Shown here: positions 63,722 to 64,000 of the stretch, piece by piece
How positions within the stretch are numbered: the first letter of the stretch is position 1
Layout of the letters: every line of letters begins with the position of its first letter
NCBI RefSeq assembly: GCF_001447785.1
Contig: NW_015176014.1
Coordinates: 153,633 to 217,632 of the forward strand
Source of the DNA: Gekko japonicus
Lineage: Eukaryota
Direction: 5' to 3'
DNA: 64,000 nucleotides
The notes under the pieces: model-generated
What the model saw: the letters and a program-made list of their open reading frames with translations, nothing else
What the model was told of the DNA's origin: nothing
Database searches by the model: none
Made by a program: the position numbers and the translations under genes

Positions 63722-64000
63722 GTGCCGTCAAGTCACAGCCAACTTATGGTGACCCCATAGGGTTTTCAAGGCAAGAGACGTTCAGAGGTGTTTGCCATTG
63801 CGTACCTGTGTCATGACTCTGGTATTCTTTGGAGGTCTCCCGTCCAAATACTGACCAGGGCTGACCCTGCGTAGTTTCTGAGATCTGATTAGATCAGACT
63901 AGCCTGAGCTCTCCAGGTCAGGGCTGATCTCAAGACTGCTAACGAACTTAGAACCAAGCTGAAACCCGTGTGGTCAAAACAAGACTATCTGTGCTGTCCA

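Noticed and set aside
59320-64000. MRPL12 exons 4-5
   Set aside because: No THFTVRL or KLIKEIK-like coding sequence found; presumably beyond the window.

Overview
Vertebrate genomic DNA from a squamate reptile, probably a gecko, judged from its Squam3-like, 5S/Sauria-type SINE, BovB, CR1 and L2 repeats. It is the conserved ARL16(-)/HGS(+)/MRPL12(+) block. ARL16 is complete (5 exons, with an AT-AC minor intron) and shares a bidirectional promoter with a complete HGS (21 coding exons, 757 aa, one GC-AG intron). MRPL12 exons 1-3 run off the right end. Two extra genes that I do not know from the human block are present. One is an intact 6-exon METTL26-family methyltransferase (-) between HGS and MRPL12. 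The other, and the best novelty candidate, is a 5-exon gene (+, 9489-22695, ~321 aa) encoding an uncharacterised zinc-deaminase-like protein whose PCxxC motif comes BEFORE its CAE motif, the reverse of the canonical order. It has a +1 frameshift in a T12 tract and a candidate ISRE upstream. The rest is TE-dense: two non-autonomous Helitrons, solo LTRs, hAT/Harbinger/TA-target MITEs, a decayed hAT transposase, L1/L2/CR1/BovB fragments and a LINE ORF1. All gene models were built by hand from splice signals and remembered protein sequences; no database search was run. Four N-gaps are present.
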